Source: Capsulimonadales bacterium
GTDB taxonomy: Bacteria; Armatimonadota; Armatimonadia; Armatimonadales; Armatimonadaceae
Assembly (NCBI GenBank): GCA_033762295.1
Contig: JANRLW010000060.1
Coordinates: 1 to 44,563 of the forward strand
Reading direction: 5' to 3'
DNA: 44,563 nucleotides
The notes below the pieces were generated by a model, which saw only the letters and a list, made by a program, of their open reading frames with translations, searched no databases and was not told the DNA's origin. Both the position numbers and the translations under genes were made by a program. Below, piece after piece: positions 8,831 through 17,939 of the stretch. Each line of letters starts with the position of its first letter. Positions within the stretch are counted from its first letter, which is position 1.

Positions 8831-10759
8831 ATGACCGGAGCCAACCTGACCGGGAGCATCCCGCCCGGAGCCAACCTGACGACCGAAGGGATTCCGCCGT
8901 TGCCGCTCGATCTGGTCGATGCGGTCGGTCCCTACGCCGAGTTTCGCGCCGCCACCTTCGAGGACTGGCACCCGACCCGACGCGAGATCCTGATCGGCAC
9001 CCGCTTTGCCGATACGCAGCAGATCCACCACGTTCGGATGCCCGGCGGGGCGCGGATACAGCGGACGTTCTTTCCGGATAATGTGACCGGCGCGTCGTTC
9101 CAGCCGACACACGGCGAGTACTTCCTTTTTTCGAAGGATATCGGCGGCAATGAGTTCGCGCAGATCTACCGCGCGGACCTGGCCGACGGACGCATCACGC
9201 TTCTGACCGACGGCACCTCGCAGAACCTGGGGTATGTCTGGTCGCGGCAGGGCGACCGCATCGCCTATACCACGACCCGGCGTAACGGGCGGGATCGGGA
9301 CGTCCACATTCTCGATCCGCTCGACCGGACCTCGGACCGGACCGTCGCCGTGCTGACCGGCAGCTGGTCCGTCGCCGACTGGTCGCCCGAGGACACGCGT
9401 CTGATTCTGTGCGAATACCGCTCGATCAACGAGTCCTACCTCCGGATTCTCGACCTGGCGACGGGCGCGTTGACGCCGTTAACGCCGTTGACACCGCAGA
9501 CCGGGGAGGAACCCGTCGCTTACGGCCAAACCCGGTTCGCCCCGGACGGACGGAGCGTTTACACCGTGACCGACCGTGCCGGGGAGTTCCGGCACCTGGC
9601 GAGGATCGATCCGGAAACCGGGGAGTGCCGGTATCTGACCGCGGATATCCCCTGGGATGTCGAAACGTTCGACCTGTCGCCGGATGGCAGGACAGTGGTT
9701 TTTTCCGTGAACGAGAACGGGGTCAGCGTGCTCCGCGTGCGCGATACGGAGACGGGTGAGGAACGGGTCCGTCCGTCGCTGCCGGACGGGGTGATCGGCC
9801 CCCTGAAGTTCCGGAGCGACGGGACCGAGGTGGCGTTCGCGCTGGCATCGGCGGGTTCTCCGAGCGATGTCCATACCTGCGACATCGCCTCCGGCGCGGT
9901 CACACGCTGGACGTTCGGAGAGACCGGCGGCCTGCCGTCGTCGGCATTTTCCCGACCGGCCCTGATCGAGTGGCGCGCGCCGGACGGCCTGACGATCACC
10001 GGTTTTCTCTACCGACCCGACGCAACAAAATTCCCCGGCAAACGACCGATCATTGTTCTGATCCACGGCGGACCGGAAAGTCAGGCGCGACCGGGGTTCC
10101 TGGGTCGATGGAACTATTTCCTGAGCGAACTCGGGGTCGCGCTCGTGTTACCGAACGTGCGCGGGTCGAGCGGTTACGGAAAATCGTTCCTGAAGGCCGA
10201 CAACGGAATGCGCCGGGAAGCGGCCTATACCGATATTGAGGCGCTGTTCGACCGGATCGCTTCGCTGCCGGACCTGGACGGTGATCGGATCATGGTGACG
10301 GGCGGGAGTTACGGCGGGCATATGACCCTGGCGTTGGCGACCCGTTACCCGGAACGGATCGCCTGTTCGCTGTCGGTGGTGGGTATCTCGCACTTTGTCA
10401 CCTTCCTGGAGAACACCGAAGCGTATCGGCGCGATCTGCGGCGGGCGGAATACGGCGACGAACGCGACCCCGAAATGCGGGCGTACTTCGAGCGGACCGC
10501 TCCATTGAACCGGGCGGGAAGGATCACGCATCCGCTCTTTCTGGTTCAGGGGCGGAACGACCCGCGCGTGCCGTACACCGAAGCGCTACAGATGAAAGCC
10601 GCCGTCGCCGACAACGGGGTTCCGGTCTGGTTCCTGATGGCGGACGACGAGGGGCACGGGTTCGTCAAGAAGCGGAATCTGGATTTTCAGCTGTATGCGA
10701 CCATCGCGTTCGTTCGGGAGTTTCTGTTGACGGACGGCAGGGACGGCGTCCCCTCGTGA
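8831..10759 (+). CDS. S9 family (prolyl oligopeptidase/acylaminoacyl peptidase-like) peptidase
   Basis: Beta-propeller repeats, IHGGPESQ, GGSYGG nucleophile, GRNDPRV (Asp), DEGHG (His). Confidence 0.95.
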   Translation: MTGANLTGSIPPGANLTTEGIPPLPLDLVDAVGPYAEFRAATFEDWHPTRREILIGTRFADTQQIHHVRMPGGARIQRTFFPDNVTGASFQPTHGEYFLFSKDIGGNEFAQIYRADLADGRITLLTDGTSQNLGYVWSRQGDRIAYTTTRRNGRDRDVHILDPLDRTSDRTVAVLTGSWSVADWSPEDTRLILCEYRSINESYLRILDLATGALTPLTPLTPQTGEEPVAYGQTRFAPDGRSVYTVTDRAGEFRHLARIDPETGECRYLTADIPWDVETFDLSPDGRTVVFSVNENGVSVLRVRDTETGEERVRPSLPDGVIGPLKFRSDGTEVAFALASAGSPSDVHTCDIASGAVTRWTFGETGGLPSSAFSRPALIEWRAPDGLTITGFLYRPDATKFPGKRPIIVLIHGGPESQARPGFLGRWNYFLSELGVALVLPNVRGSSGYGKSFLKADNGMRREAAYTDIEALFDRIASLPDLDGDRIMVTGGSYGGHMTLALATRYPERIACSLSVVGISHFVTFLENTEAYRRDLRRAEYGDERDPEMRAYFERTAPLNRAGRITHPLFLVQGRNDPRVPYTEALQMKAAVADNGVPVWFLMADDEGHGFVKKRNLDFQLYATIAFVREFLLTDGRDGVPS

Positions 10760-10788
10760 CGAATGTGAGGTCGGGGCAGGAGAGTATC

Positions 10789-11430
10789 ATGGCCATTTTG
10801 ACGACGGAGCAGCGTGCCGCGTTTGCGCGCGACGGGTTCTTGCTGGTTTCGGGGCGGATTCCGGAGCCGGTTCTGGCGGACGGGCAGGCGGCGATGCGCC
10901 GACTGCTCGCCGAACGGGCGGACGCCTATGCCTACGGAACGAGCGACTTCAATGCGTGCTACACCGAGGCTCTCTGCGCGGCGGCGGCGGAACTGGGCGG
11001 CGAACCGGAGCGGGGGGCATACTACCCGGTGTCGGGCGCGCTGGCGATCCTGTCGCATCCGGCCGACGGCGAATGGACCTGGCCCGGTCCGCATATCGAC
11101 CATGCCATCCCCGAACACGGGCATAAGGTTTTTCCCAGGCCGTTCCGTCTGGCATCGCTCCTGTATCTGAACGATGTCGGACCGCGCGGCGGGGGAACGG
11201 TGGTCTGGCCCGGATCACACCGCAAACTGGAAGCGCTGGCGAAGAGCGACCCGGAGCGATTTACCCTGATGGCGACGCTCAATCAGGCGATCGACGAGGC
11301 GGGGATCGGGGAACCGCAGGAGGTGCTGGCGAAGGCCGGCGATATTCTGTTCTACGATTACCTGCTGGCGCATTCGGGCAGCAAGAACATCACGTCGGTG
11401 CCCCGATTCGCGCTGAATCACAAATGGTAG
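10789..11430 (+). CDS. PhyH family Fe(II)/2OG dioxygenase
   Basis: FARDGFLLV, PHIDH (HxD), GGGTVVWPGSHR, LLAHSG...R; AGGAG RBS before ATG 10789. Confidence 0.9.
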   Translation: MAILTTEQRAAFARDGFLLVSGRIPEPVLADGQAAMRRLLAERADAYAYGTSDFNACYTEALCAAAAELGGEPERGAYYPVSGALAILSHPADGEWTWPGPHIDHAIPEHGHKVFPRPFRLASLLYLNDVGPRGGGTVVWPGSHRKLEALAKSDPERFTLMATLNQAIDEAGIGEPQEVLAKAGDILFYDYLLAHSGSKNITSVPRFALNHKW

Positions 11431-11449
11431 ACCGACGGCGACCGATCGG

Positions 11450-12175
11450 TCATTCGTCGGCGATCAACCGGAGCGATTCCAGGTAGCCCGCGCCGTCGGT
11501 CTGGTAGATTTGCATCTCCGGTAATCGAAGGGCGGTCAGCAGGCCGCCGTAGGCCGCGCCGGTGTCGATGCCGATTTTGTCCCGCTGCACCCGGACGTTC
11601 CGGTACGGCGTGTGTCCGTGGATGACCAGGCGACCCGACGTGTCCTCGTAGTCCAGAAAGTCCTCGCGAATCCAGAGCATGACTTCGCCGCTTGACCGTT
11701 CGGGCGTCAGGCCGGGCAGGATGCCGGCATGGACGTAGATGCAGTTCTCCAGTTCGGGAAACCGGTCGGTCGGCGGTCGCCAGTAGACGTTCAGCAGGGG
11801 GAAGAGGCGTTCCAGATCCTCCGGGCAGGGGGCGGAGAACAGTTCGGGCGCGGCGTAACCGTAGGACTGCATGGCCTCCAGACCGCCGTTCCGAAACCAG
11901 TCGTAGGGATCGTATTCCAGGTGGGACGGCGCATCGAACCCGAACGTGGATGCCGCCATGTCTTCATGGTTCCCCCAGAGTAGAACCGTATCGTCCGGCG
12001 CGGCGTCGTGTTCGGCCAGGACCCGGCGGACGACCCCGGCGCTGTCCGGACCCCGGTCGATGTAGTCGCCGATAAACAGTGTCACGTCACCGGGCTGTCG
12101 CGGAAGGGCCTCCAGAAGGGCCTCCAGATGATGAATCTGACCGTGAATATCGCCGATGGACCAAACCGAAGCCAT
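11450..12175 (-). CDS. Calcineurin-like metallophosphoesterase (PPP-type Ser/Thr protein phosphatase family)
   Basis: GDIHG, GDYIDRG, GNHE, HGHTP, IDTGA motifs. Confidence 0.93.
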   Translation of the reverse strand: MASVWSIGDIHGQIHHLEALLEALPRQPGDVTLFIGDYIDRGPDSAGVVRRVLAEHDAAPDDTVLLWGNHEDMAASTFGFDAPSHLEYDPYDWFRNGGLEAMQSYGYAAPELFSAPCPEDLERLFPLLNVYWRPPTDRFPELENCIYVHAGILPGLTPERSSGEVMLWIREDFLDYEDTSGRLVIHGHTPYRNVRVQRDKIGIDTGAAYGGLLTALRLPEMQIYQTDGAGYLESLRLIADE

Positions 12176-12340
12176 TCAGTCTACCTCTTTTTCCTCAAAA
12201 GAAGATTCGTCGTTTTCGGTGGGACCACCTTCTTTCGAAAATACGCCCGGACGTCAGGGAGCAGGCTGCTCCCCACTTCCTTAGATCGGAAATTTTCGGC
12301 GATTCCCCTACCTGCTGTGGCGAAATTAACGAAGAAACGG

Positions 12341-12368
12341 CGACCTCACCCCGCTCAGGGTGAGGTCG
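12341..12368 (-). terminator. Stem-loop just downstream of the desaturase-like gene (probable terminator)
   Basis: CGACCTCACCC-cgctca-GGGTGAGGTCG, 11-bp stem followed by a U-rich tract on the minus strand. Confidence 0.6.
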
Positions 12369-12383
12369 AACGACCGGTCAGGG

Positions 12384-13118
12384 TCAGGCAAGGAGGCGAA
12401 ACAGGTCGTCCGCGCCGCCGGGCAGTTCGTAGATGGCGGCAAGGATGCCGGCGTTTTCGCGGATCGGTGCCTCGTACCGCTCGCCGATGATTTTGAGGGC
12501 GTCGCGCAGGAAGTCGCGATGGGCGTATTCGTCCGTCAGGATCTTCTCGAGCGCGTCCGTCAGGGCGGCGTCGCCGGACTCTCGGGCGAGCGTTTGGGCG
12601 GCGGTGATCCGCTCGATCTCCCGGGTTTCGCGGAGAAGCATATCCCAGAAGATGCCGGGCGCGTCCTCGACGGGCGGCTCCCAGCGGTGGGCGGTCAGTT
12701 GTTCGGCGGCGTACTCGCGCAGATAATCGTCGTTATGCACGCCGGAGCGGACCATCCATTCGATCCAGACCAGGAGATGTTTCCCTTCCTCGTAGCTCCA
12801 GCGGGTCCAGAACCAGGCGCGGCCGCGGCTGGCGCGCAGCAGATGCAGGGATCGGGCGGAATAGTCGGGCAGGAACAGGTCGGCCCGGTACAGATCGAAG
12901 ACGGCGGTCGCCAGGGCGGTCGGCGGCTCGGGAACGACCGAATCCCACGGGATATCGGTCCAGAGGTTCCAGTTGCGCCGGTCCTCGGAGTCGCGGAAAA
13001 ACTGACGATAAAGCTGGTAGAGACGACTTTCGGTCTCAGGGTCAAGCATGGCGGCAGCGGATTGCCGGGTGGTTCCCATCTGCCGGGTCGTGATGTCGTA
13101 GGTCTCGTTCGTACTCAT
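12384..13118 (-). CDS. Ferritin-like diiron protein, acyl-ACP desaturase-like
   Basis: WNLWTDIPWD, LPDY, WSYEEGKH (ExxH), ILTDEYAH (DExxH). Confidence 0.75.
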   Translation of the reverse strand: MSTNETYDITTRQMGTTRQSAAAMLDPETESRLYQLYRQFFRDSEDRRNWNLWTDIPWDSVVPEPPTALATAVFDLYRADLFLPDYSARSLHLLRASRGRAWFWTRWSYEEGKHLLVWIEWMVRSGVHNDDYLREYAAEQLTAHRWEPPVEDAPGIFWDMLLRETREIERITAAQTLARESGDAALTDALEKILTDEYAHRDFLRDALKIIGERYEAPIRENAGILAAIYELPGGADDLFRLLA

Positions 13119-13145
13119 GATAATGGGTGGTTTCCTGTGGAAGGG

Positions 13146-13439
13146 TCAGCCCCAGTAGCGAAACAGGGCCGGCAAGGGCAGAGATGCCTGCCCCCAGAGG
13201 CGGAACGCCTCGAAGAGGCAGAGGATCGCCCAGAAAAGCGTCACATAAGGCGGTTTCGCCCAGCAACGCCACTCGCGCACGCCCTTCATCGCGGCGAGGA
13301 TATAAAAAACGGTCGCCAGGGCGGACAGAACGAACAGAGCGTAGCGTCCGCACAGCAGCACCAGAAACGCCGCCTTGCAGAAGGTGAACGCCCATCCCTC
13401 GTATCGCTTTCCCTGTCGCTGACGATCGAATTCGCTCAT
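13146..13439 (-). CDS. Small hypothetical membrane protein
   Basis: 97 aa with 2-3 hydrophobic segments; starts 9 bp after the radical SAM stop codon. Confidence 0.65.
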   Translation of the reverse strand: MSEFDRQRQGKRYEGWAFTFCKAAFLVLLCGRYALFVLSALATVFYILAAMKGVREWRCWAKPPYVTLFWAILCLFEAFRLWGQASLPLPALFRYWG

Positions 13440-13448
13440 GCGTTCGCC

Positions 13449-14909
13449 CTATTTCGCCATCGTCAGCGTCCGCAGACCGGCGGTTCTGTTCGGAAGGCGT
13501 CCTCGATGGAAGACATTGTACTCGCAGAAGGAGACGGCCTCGCCGTGTTCGTTGACGATTTTGGTGCAGCACTGCGCGATCCGGCGATGGTCGTAGGTAT
13601 GGGCGTCCATGAACGGTTTGACGACGATGCGAAAGACACGTTTCCCCATCCGTTCCGGGTCGCGAAGCAGCGGGAGAGCGTCGGCCAGTCCGCCGCGCGT
13701 GAACAGGATCGCCAGGTCGCGCAGGGTACGTCCCGCCCGCAGGTTGGCGACATCGGACCAGACCCGTCGCGCCGCGCCGCCCAGAATACCGGTGAAGGTA
13801 ATCCGGTCGGAGAACAGATCGAGGTACCGGGCGACGTCGAGGTGGCGGGGCAGCGGGGTCAGCCGTTTCCGGTCGGCGTCCAGCAAGCCGTACGTCAGGG
13901 CGCAGCAGTCGGGATGGGAGCAGGGCAGACCGACGAAGTCCGTGGTGCGGACGGCCCCGTCGGTCTGCGTTTCCAAAGCCTGCAGGACGCCCGTCAGCGT
14001 CAGGCGTTCGGCGGCGGCGTAGCCGTGAAGGTAACGACCGTTGTCCATCACGGGCTGATAGGTGATACCGCCGATATTGTCCACGGAAAGCGCATAATGG
14101 TACAGTTCGGCGATCTCGTCGTCGTTGATTCCGGCTTCCACCGTCGGTACCAGAGTAACGAAGTTCCCGGCCTCGCGAATCCTCGAAATGGCGGATTGTT
14201 TCTCCCGGATCAGGTCTTTGCCATACAGACGAATATGGGTTTCGGGGCGGAAGGAAGCGAACGAGAAGTAGTACTCGACCCGTTGCCGCCGTTCGCCGAG
14301 GAATGTCAGCAGGGCTTCCCCTTTCCGTCCGGCGTAGGGACTGTCGGAGAGGCGAAGTCCGTTCGTGTTGATGATGACCCGGTCGATCGGGTAGGTGAGG
14401 GCCAGGTCGAGGATCTCGCCGAACTGCGGGTGGATCGTCGGTTCTCCGCCGGAGAGCATCAGGAGGTCAAGGCGCGGCTGTTGTCGGAAAAACGCCTCCA
14501 ATCTCCGGCGGGCCTCCTCGACCGACAGAAAGCGATGCGCGGCCCCGTCGTCATTGTCGTCGCCGTTCGCGTCGGCGTAGCAGGTCGGACAGCGGAGGTT
14601 ACAGGCCGAGGTAATCTCCAGCAGGAGGACGCAGGTCGGCGGACCGGTGACCGTATCGCCGCACTCCTCCTCCGGGCCGCAACAACAGGCCCCGGACAGA
14701 CCGGCGAGAGCACGCTCCGGCACATATTTTCGCAGGCGCAGGTACTCGTTCGCATCCGAAGCGAGGAGGGCCTGGGATGTACCGTGTCGCGGGCAGGTCC
14801 GCTCCATCCGGATGCGTCCGGAATCCGCGAACAGGCGAACCGGGACGGTGCGCAGACATTCCGGGCAAAGTCCCGTCGACTCCTCGAACCAGTGGATGTT
14901 GTCAGCCAT
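13449..14909 (-). CDS. Radical SAM protein of the COG1964 / MJ0619 (Tes, GDGT-MAS tetraether synthase)-like family
   Basis: N-terminal rubredoxin-like CPEC...CPRHG; CNLRCPTC; SGGEPT; LVPT...GINDDEI; YQPV..GR; CSHPDC; FMDAHTYD...CC...FCEYN..HR; AAGGAGG RBS. Confidence 0.9.
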   Translation of the reverse strand: MADNIHWFEESTGLCPECLRTVPVRLFADSGRIRMERTCPRHGTSQALLASDANEYLRLRKYVPERALAGLSGACCCGPEEECGDTVTGPPTCVLLLEITSACNLRCPTCYADANGDDNDDGAAHRFLSVEEARRRLEAFFRQQPRLDLLMLSGGEPTIHPQFGEILDLALTYPIDRVIINTNGLRLSDSPYAGRKGEALLTFLGERRQRVEYYFSFASFRPETHIRLYGKDLIREKQSAISRIREAGNFVTLVPTVEAGINDDEIAELYHYALSVDNIGGITYQPVMDNGRYLHGYAAAERLTLTGVLQALETQTDGAVRTTDFVGLPCSHPDCCALTYGLLDADRKRLTPLPRHLDVARYLDLFSDRITFTGILGGAARRVWSDVANLRAGRTLRDLAILFTRGGLADALPLLRDPERMGKRVFRIVVKPFMDAHTYDHRRIAQCCTKIVNEHGEAVSFCEYNVFHRGRLPNRTAGLRTLTMAK

Positions 14910-14937
14910 AGAACCTCCTTCGATCTCTGCAATCTCC

Positions 14938-15417
14938 TCAGCTTCCTCCGGTCACCGCGTATCCGGCGAGAATTCCCAGACAGTTCGAGAGCAACCCGAG
15001 CGGGAAAAGGATCGTGAATACGAGGGCCGTGATGCCGTACGTCCGGCCCAGAATCGGGAAACGCCGTCTCAGGGCAAAATACAGGGCCGCGTAGAGTCCG
15101 AGGCAGACCGGTATGGTGAAAAGCAGGACGAGGGTTGCGGGTTCCCCGGTGAAGTTCCCGAACCGGTTGGTCAGGTTGGCGGTGATTCCCCCCGGCAAAC
15201 CGACCAGGAACGGCGTGATGCCGGCAAAAAACACTCCGACCACCCCGTCGCCCCACGCAGTGCCGGTCAACCGGCGCGGTTCCTCGACGACGTTTTCCGT
15301 TTTCCCTTCCAGGACGGGGAGCGGCGGCAGGGCCTTGCCACAGTGGGAACAGGAGGTGGCAGGCGCGGGGACGGCCGTGCCGCAGTTGGGGCAGGGGCGT
15401 TCGTTCGAATCGCTCAT
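14938..15417 (-). CDS. Zinc-ribbon membrane protein
   Basis: CPNCG...CSHCG at the N-terminus followed by about 3 TM helices. Confidence 0.75.
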   Translation of the reverse strand: MSDSNERPCPNCGTAVPAPATSCSHCGKALPPLPVLEGKTENVVEEPRRLTGTAWGDGVVGVFFAGITPFLVGLPGGITANLTNRFGNFTGEPATLVLLFTIPVCLGLYAALYFALRRRFPILGRTYGITALVFTILFPLGLLSNCLGILAGYAVTGGS

Positions 15418-15463
15418 AGTGATATTTCTACCTTTTCTTCGTGGGAATTACGCGCGAAACAGG

Positions 15464-15871
15464 TCATCCTCTGCCTTTCAGCGCGATCATGCAGATCGCC
15501 AGCAGACCAAGAAAGATCAGGAGCGGAAGAAGAATGAAGAGGATTCCTCCAACGATGCCGAAGGCGCGGGCGACCACGGGGTACCGTTTGCTGAGGAGGA
15601 GAAAGCAGAGGATCGGCGGCGCGATCACGATCGGGCCGGCGGCCTGAACCCGGTAGCGGGTCAGCACGGTCAGGATCCCGCCCGACACCACGAGGCAGGC
15701 GAAGGCGAGCAACACGCCGAGGGCGGCGTCTCCCGGTCGCGACCCGGTCATCAGCGGTTCGTCACGAAAGGTCCGGAACGGTCGGCCGCAATGAGGACAG
15801 AGGACGGCCGACGGCGGAACGGTCTGCCCGCAAGACGGACAGCGAACGGAATCACCCAGGGCGGACGGCAT
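15464..15871 (-). CDS. Zinc-ribbon membrane protein, paralogue of 14938-15417
   Basis: CPSCG...CPHCG, then LMTGSRPGDA (cf. LTGTAWGDG) and TM helices with RYPVVAR (cf. RFPILGR); GAGGGG RBS before ATG 15871. Confidence 0.75.
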   Translation of the reverse strand: MPSALGDSVRCPSCGQTVPPSAVLCPHCGRPFRTFRDEPLMTGSRPGDAALGVLLAFACLVVSGGILTVLTRYRVQAAGPIVIAPPILCFLLLSKRYPVVARAFGIVGGILFILLPLLIFLGLLAICMIALKGRG

Positions 15872-16559
15872 GTTTCCCCTCCGTTTCGGATTGCATCTGG
15901 CGCCAGCGTACCAGAAAAAAGACAAAACCGGCAAGGCAGCACCACTGCGCCAGGGTCAGTCCGAGCGCGAAGAGGTGTCCCTCACGAAAATACTCGGCGA
16001 GAAACCGGGCCGGACAGTAGAGCAGACCCTGCAAATAAAAGAGTCCGTTTTCGGGCAGGGGGCGGCGGAATTCGACAAAGAGCAGAATACCCAGGATAGT
16101 GAAACAGGCCAGCGACAGATAGAGTTGGGCCGGATGCCGCCAGGCGTCGTGCTGATAAACGGCGAAGGGAAGGTCGCACGTGCGGCCGAAGCAGCATCCG
16201 CCGAGGAAGCATCCCCAGCGACCGACTCCCTCGCCTGCCATCAGGGCGACGGCAAACAGGTCGCCGGTCGGTCGGCGCAGACCGATCATCCGTTTGTAGA
16301 GGACGACCGAGAGGTACCCGCCCGCCAGCCCGCCGAGGACGGTTTTGCCGGCGGAACCGGAGGCGAGGTACTGGGTAACGTTCGCGCCGACCAACCCGCC
16401 CACCAGAGCGACCAGGGAGGTACGACCGATCCCTTCGGTCAGCAGACGCCGGCGTTTCGCCATCAGGACGAACGCGAGGCAGCCGACGAGATAGGCGGCG
16501 AGGTAGCAGCCGGCGGACGGAGTCAGGGCCGGGAGAGCGACGATCGGGAAGAACCCCAT
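15852..16559 (-). CDS. Prolipoprotein diacylglyceryl transferase (Lgt) family protein, divergent paralogue
   Basis: GKTVLGGLAGG, GRWGCFLGGCCFG, RHPAQLY, RFLAEYFR, LTLAQW. Likely start is ATG 16559 (MGFFPIV), not 17204. Confidence 0.85.
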   Translation of the reverse strand: MGFFPIVALPALTPSAGCYLAAYLVGCLAFVLMAKRRRLLTEGIGRTSLVALVGGLVGANVTQYLASGSAGKTVLGGLAGGYLSVVLYKRMIGLRRPTGDLFAVALMAGEGVGRWGCFLGGCCFGRTCDLPFAVYQHDAWRHPAQLYLSLACFTILGILLFVEFRRPLPENGLFYLQGLLYCPARFLAEYFREGHLFALGLTLAQWCCLAGFVFFLVRWRQMQSETEGKHAVRPG

Positions 16560-16626
16560 GCCCTCAGTGTACGGCAATTCGCCACGAAAGCGTTGGGTCG
16601 AAAGTCCTGATCGAAAGGGTCGGCAT

Positions 16627-17400
16627 CTATCGTAGGAGGATCGGGCGGAGCGGAAAGACGTCGACCTCGACCCCGGCAGCGTAGTGGACAAGGGGCGGGG
16701 GACCGTCGAAGGCGAAGCCGGCGGCGCCGGTAAGCGATTCCGTGAGCGTTTCCAGCCGTGCGGACCGTAGGGGATAGGGCGCGTGATGGACCCGGCCACG
16801 GTACAGGCGGCCGTTCGCACGCGAATAGAGAAGATAGCGTTCGGCCAGGAAGTGTTCGAGCGTGCCGGGGACGGCGAAAAAGGCGTTTCCGGTCGGAGTG
16901 ATCGTCGCGCGGCAGTCGCCCGGCAGGGGACCGGGTCGACACCGTTCGGAAGCGTAGACGATGGATTCGCCGTCGCCGCCCAGCGACATCCGGGCGTAGT
17001 GGTAGGGCAGTTTCCAGACCGTTCGGGCGATCCGGACGGCGATCTCATTGGCGGCGTCCAGACTGAAAAACCAGACCCCCGGATGACCGCCCCGGTGGTG
17101 GACGTACGTCCGCACGTTGGTCTCGTGGAAGTACGACAGACCGCGCACGGCGGGAGCGCCGGCGGGCCGAACGTTGCGCATCGTGAACGGAACCAGCCCG
17201 ACATAAGCCCGACCCTCGAAGGTGTCGACGGTCAGATCGTCCGGCAACAACGCCCGAACGACCTCCGGCGCGACCGGCCAGTGCAGAAACGAAAGGTGCC
17301 GCCACTCCTGACGCATGACGACGGGTTCGTGCGGACGGTAGGTCGGCGCGATCCGATCCGGGAGATCCGTTCGATCCGAGCGGTGCGATCGGTTCGTCAC
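16627..17400 (-). CDS. DUF2071 / YqjF family protein
   Basis: MRQEWRHLSFLHWPV, FHETNVRTYV, GVWFFSLDA, FLAERY. Confidence 0.9.
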   Translation of the reverse strand: MTNRSHRSDRTDLPDRIAPTYRPHEPVVMRQEWRHLSFLHWPVAPEVVRALLPDDLTVDTFEGRAYVGLVPFTMRNVRPAGAPAVRGLSYFHETNVRTYVHHRGGHPGVWFFSLDAANEIAVRIARTVWKLPYHYARMSLGGDGESIVYASERCRPGPLPGDCRATITPTGNAFFAVPGTLEHFLAERYLLYSRANGRLYRGRVHHAPYPLRSARLETLTESLTGAAGFAFDGPPPLVHYAAGVEVDVFPLRPILLR

Positions 17401-17404
17401 GGGG

Positions 17405-17836
17405 TCAGACGCCGTCCTTTCCGGCGGGCCGGGCCGTCGTCGACGGCAGGGAGCAGGATGCGGCGGACCCGGCGCGGGGAAAGAACACGCGGGAAAAGAA
17501 CTGTCGGTTGGCGGCGACGACTTTATAGCCGATCTCGACCCCCCAGACGAACGGGGGCCACATCAACGGTCTGGCGACAGCGCCCCATCCGATCCGGTCG
17601 AGCAGATAGAGCGCGGCGCGACCGGCGCGCAGGACCTTACCTTCAGGCGTGAGGACATGGACGGCCTTTTTGCAGGCGGCGGCAAGTTCGGGCGTCATCG
17701 GCGGCGACGGCGCCTCCTGGTACGGCACCGGGTGAAAGGCATCGTTCGTGTCCCGCGCCTTGAGCCAGTCCACCGAGTGGCGACAGAACCCGCAGTCCCC
17801 ATCCCAAAAAATCCAGCTCTGATCCGGACGTTTCAT
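17405..17836 (-). CDS. DCC1-like thiol-disulfide oxidoreductase family (DUF393)
   Basis: WDGDCGFC (DxxCxxC) and Y..VAANR motifs. Confidence 0.9.
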   Translation of the reverse strand: MKRPDQSWIFWDGDCGFCRHSVDWLKARDTNDAFHPVPYQEAPSPPMTPELAAACKKAVHVLTPEGKVLRAGRAALYLLDRIGWGAVARPLMWPPFVWGVEIGYKVVAANRQFFSRVFFPRAGSAASCSLPSTTARPAGKDGV

Positions 17837-17911
17837 GCGTACGCTCGCTTTTCTTCAGGATTCGCGTGGCCGGCGGCGGTCCGATGACCGCATCGATTTT
17901 TCTGCGACGCG

Positions 17912-17939
17912 GCAACGAAACCTTGACTTTCGGCGTCTA
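17912..17939 (+). promoter_or_regulatory. Putative ECF-sigma promoter
   Basis: GCAAC-N17-CGTCTA about 60 bp upstream of ATG 18002. Confidence 0.45.

Noticed and set aside
12360..15017. 885-aa plus-strand ORF
   Set aside because: Antisense shadow of three well-supported minus-strand genes; no motifs. Long stop-free antisense frames are expected in GC-rich coding DNA.
16560..17204. Apparent N-terminal extension of the Lgt-like ORF (also of ORFs 18912-20318, 19904-21418, 5733-6782)
   Set aside because: The extensions run out of frame through upstream genes; better starts exist downstream. These are not fusions or frameshifts.
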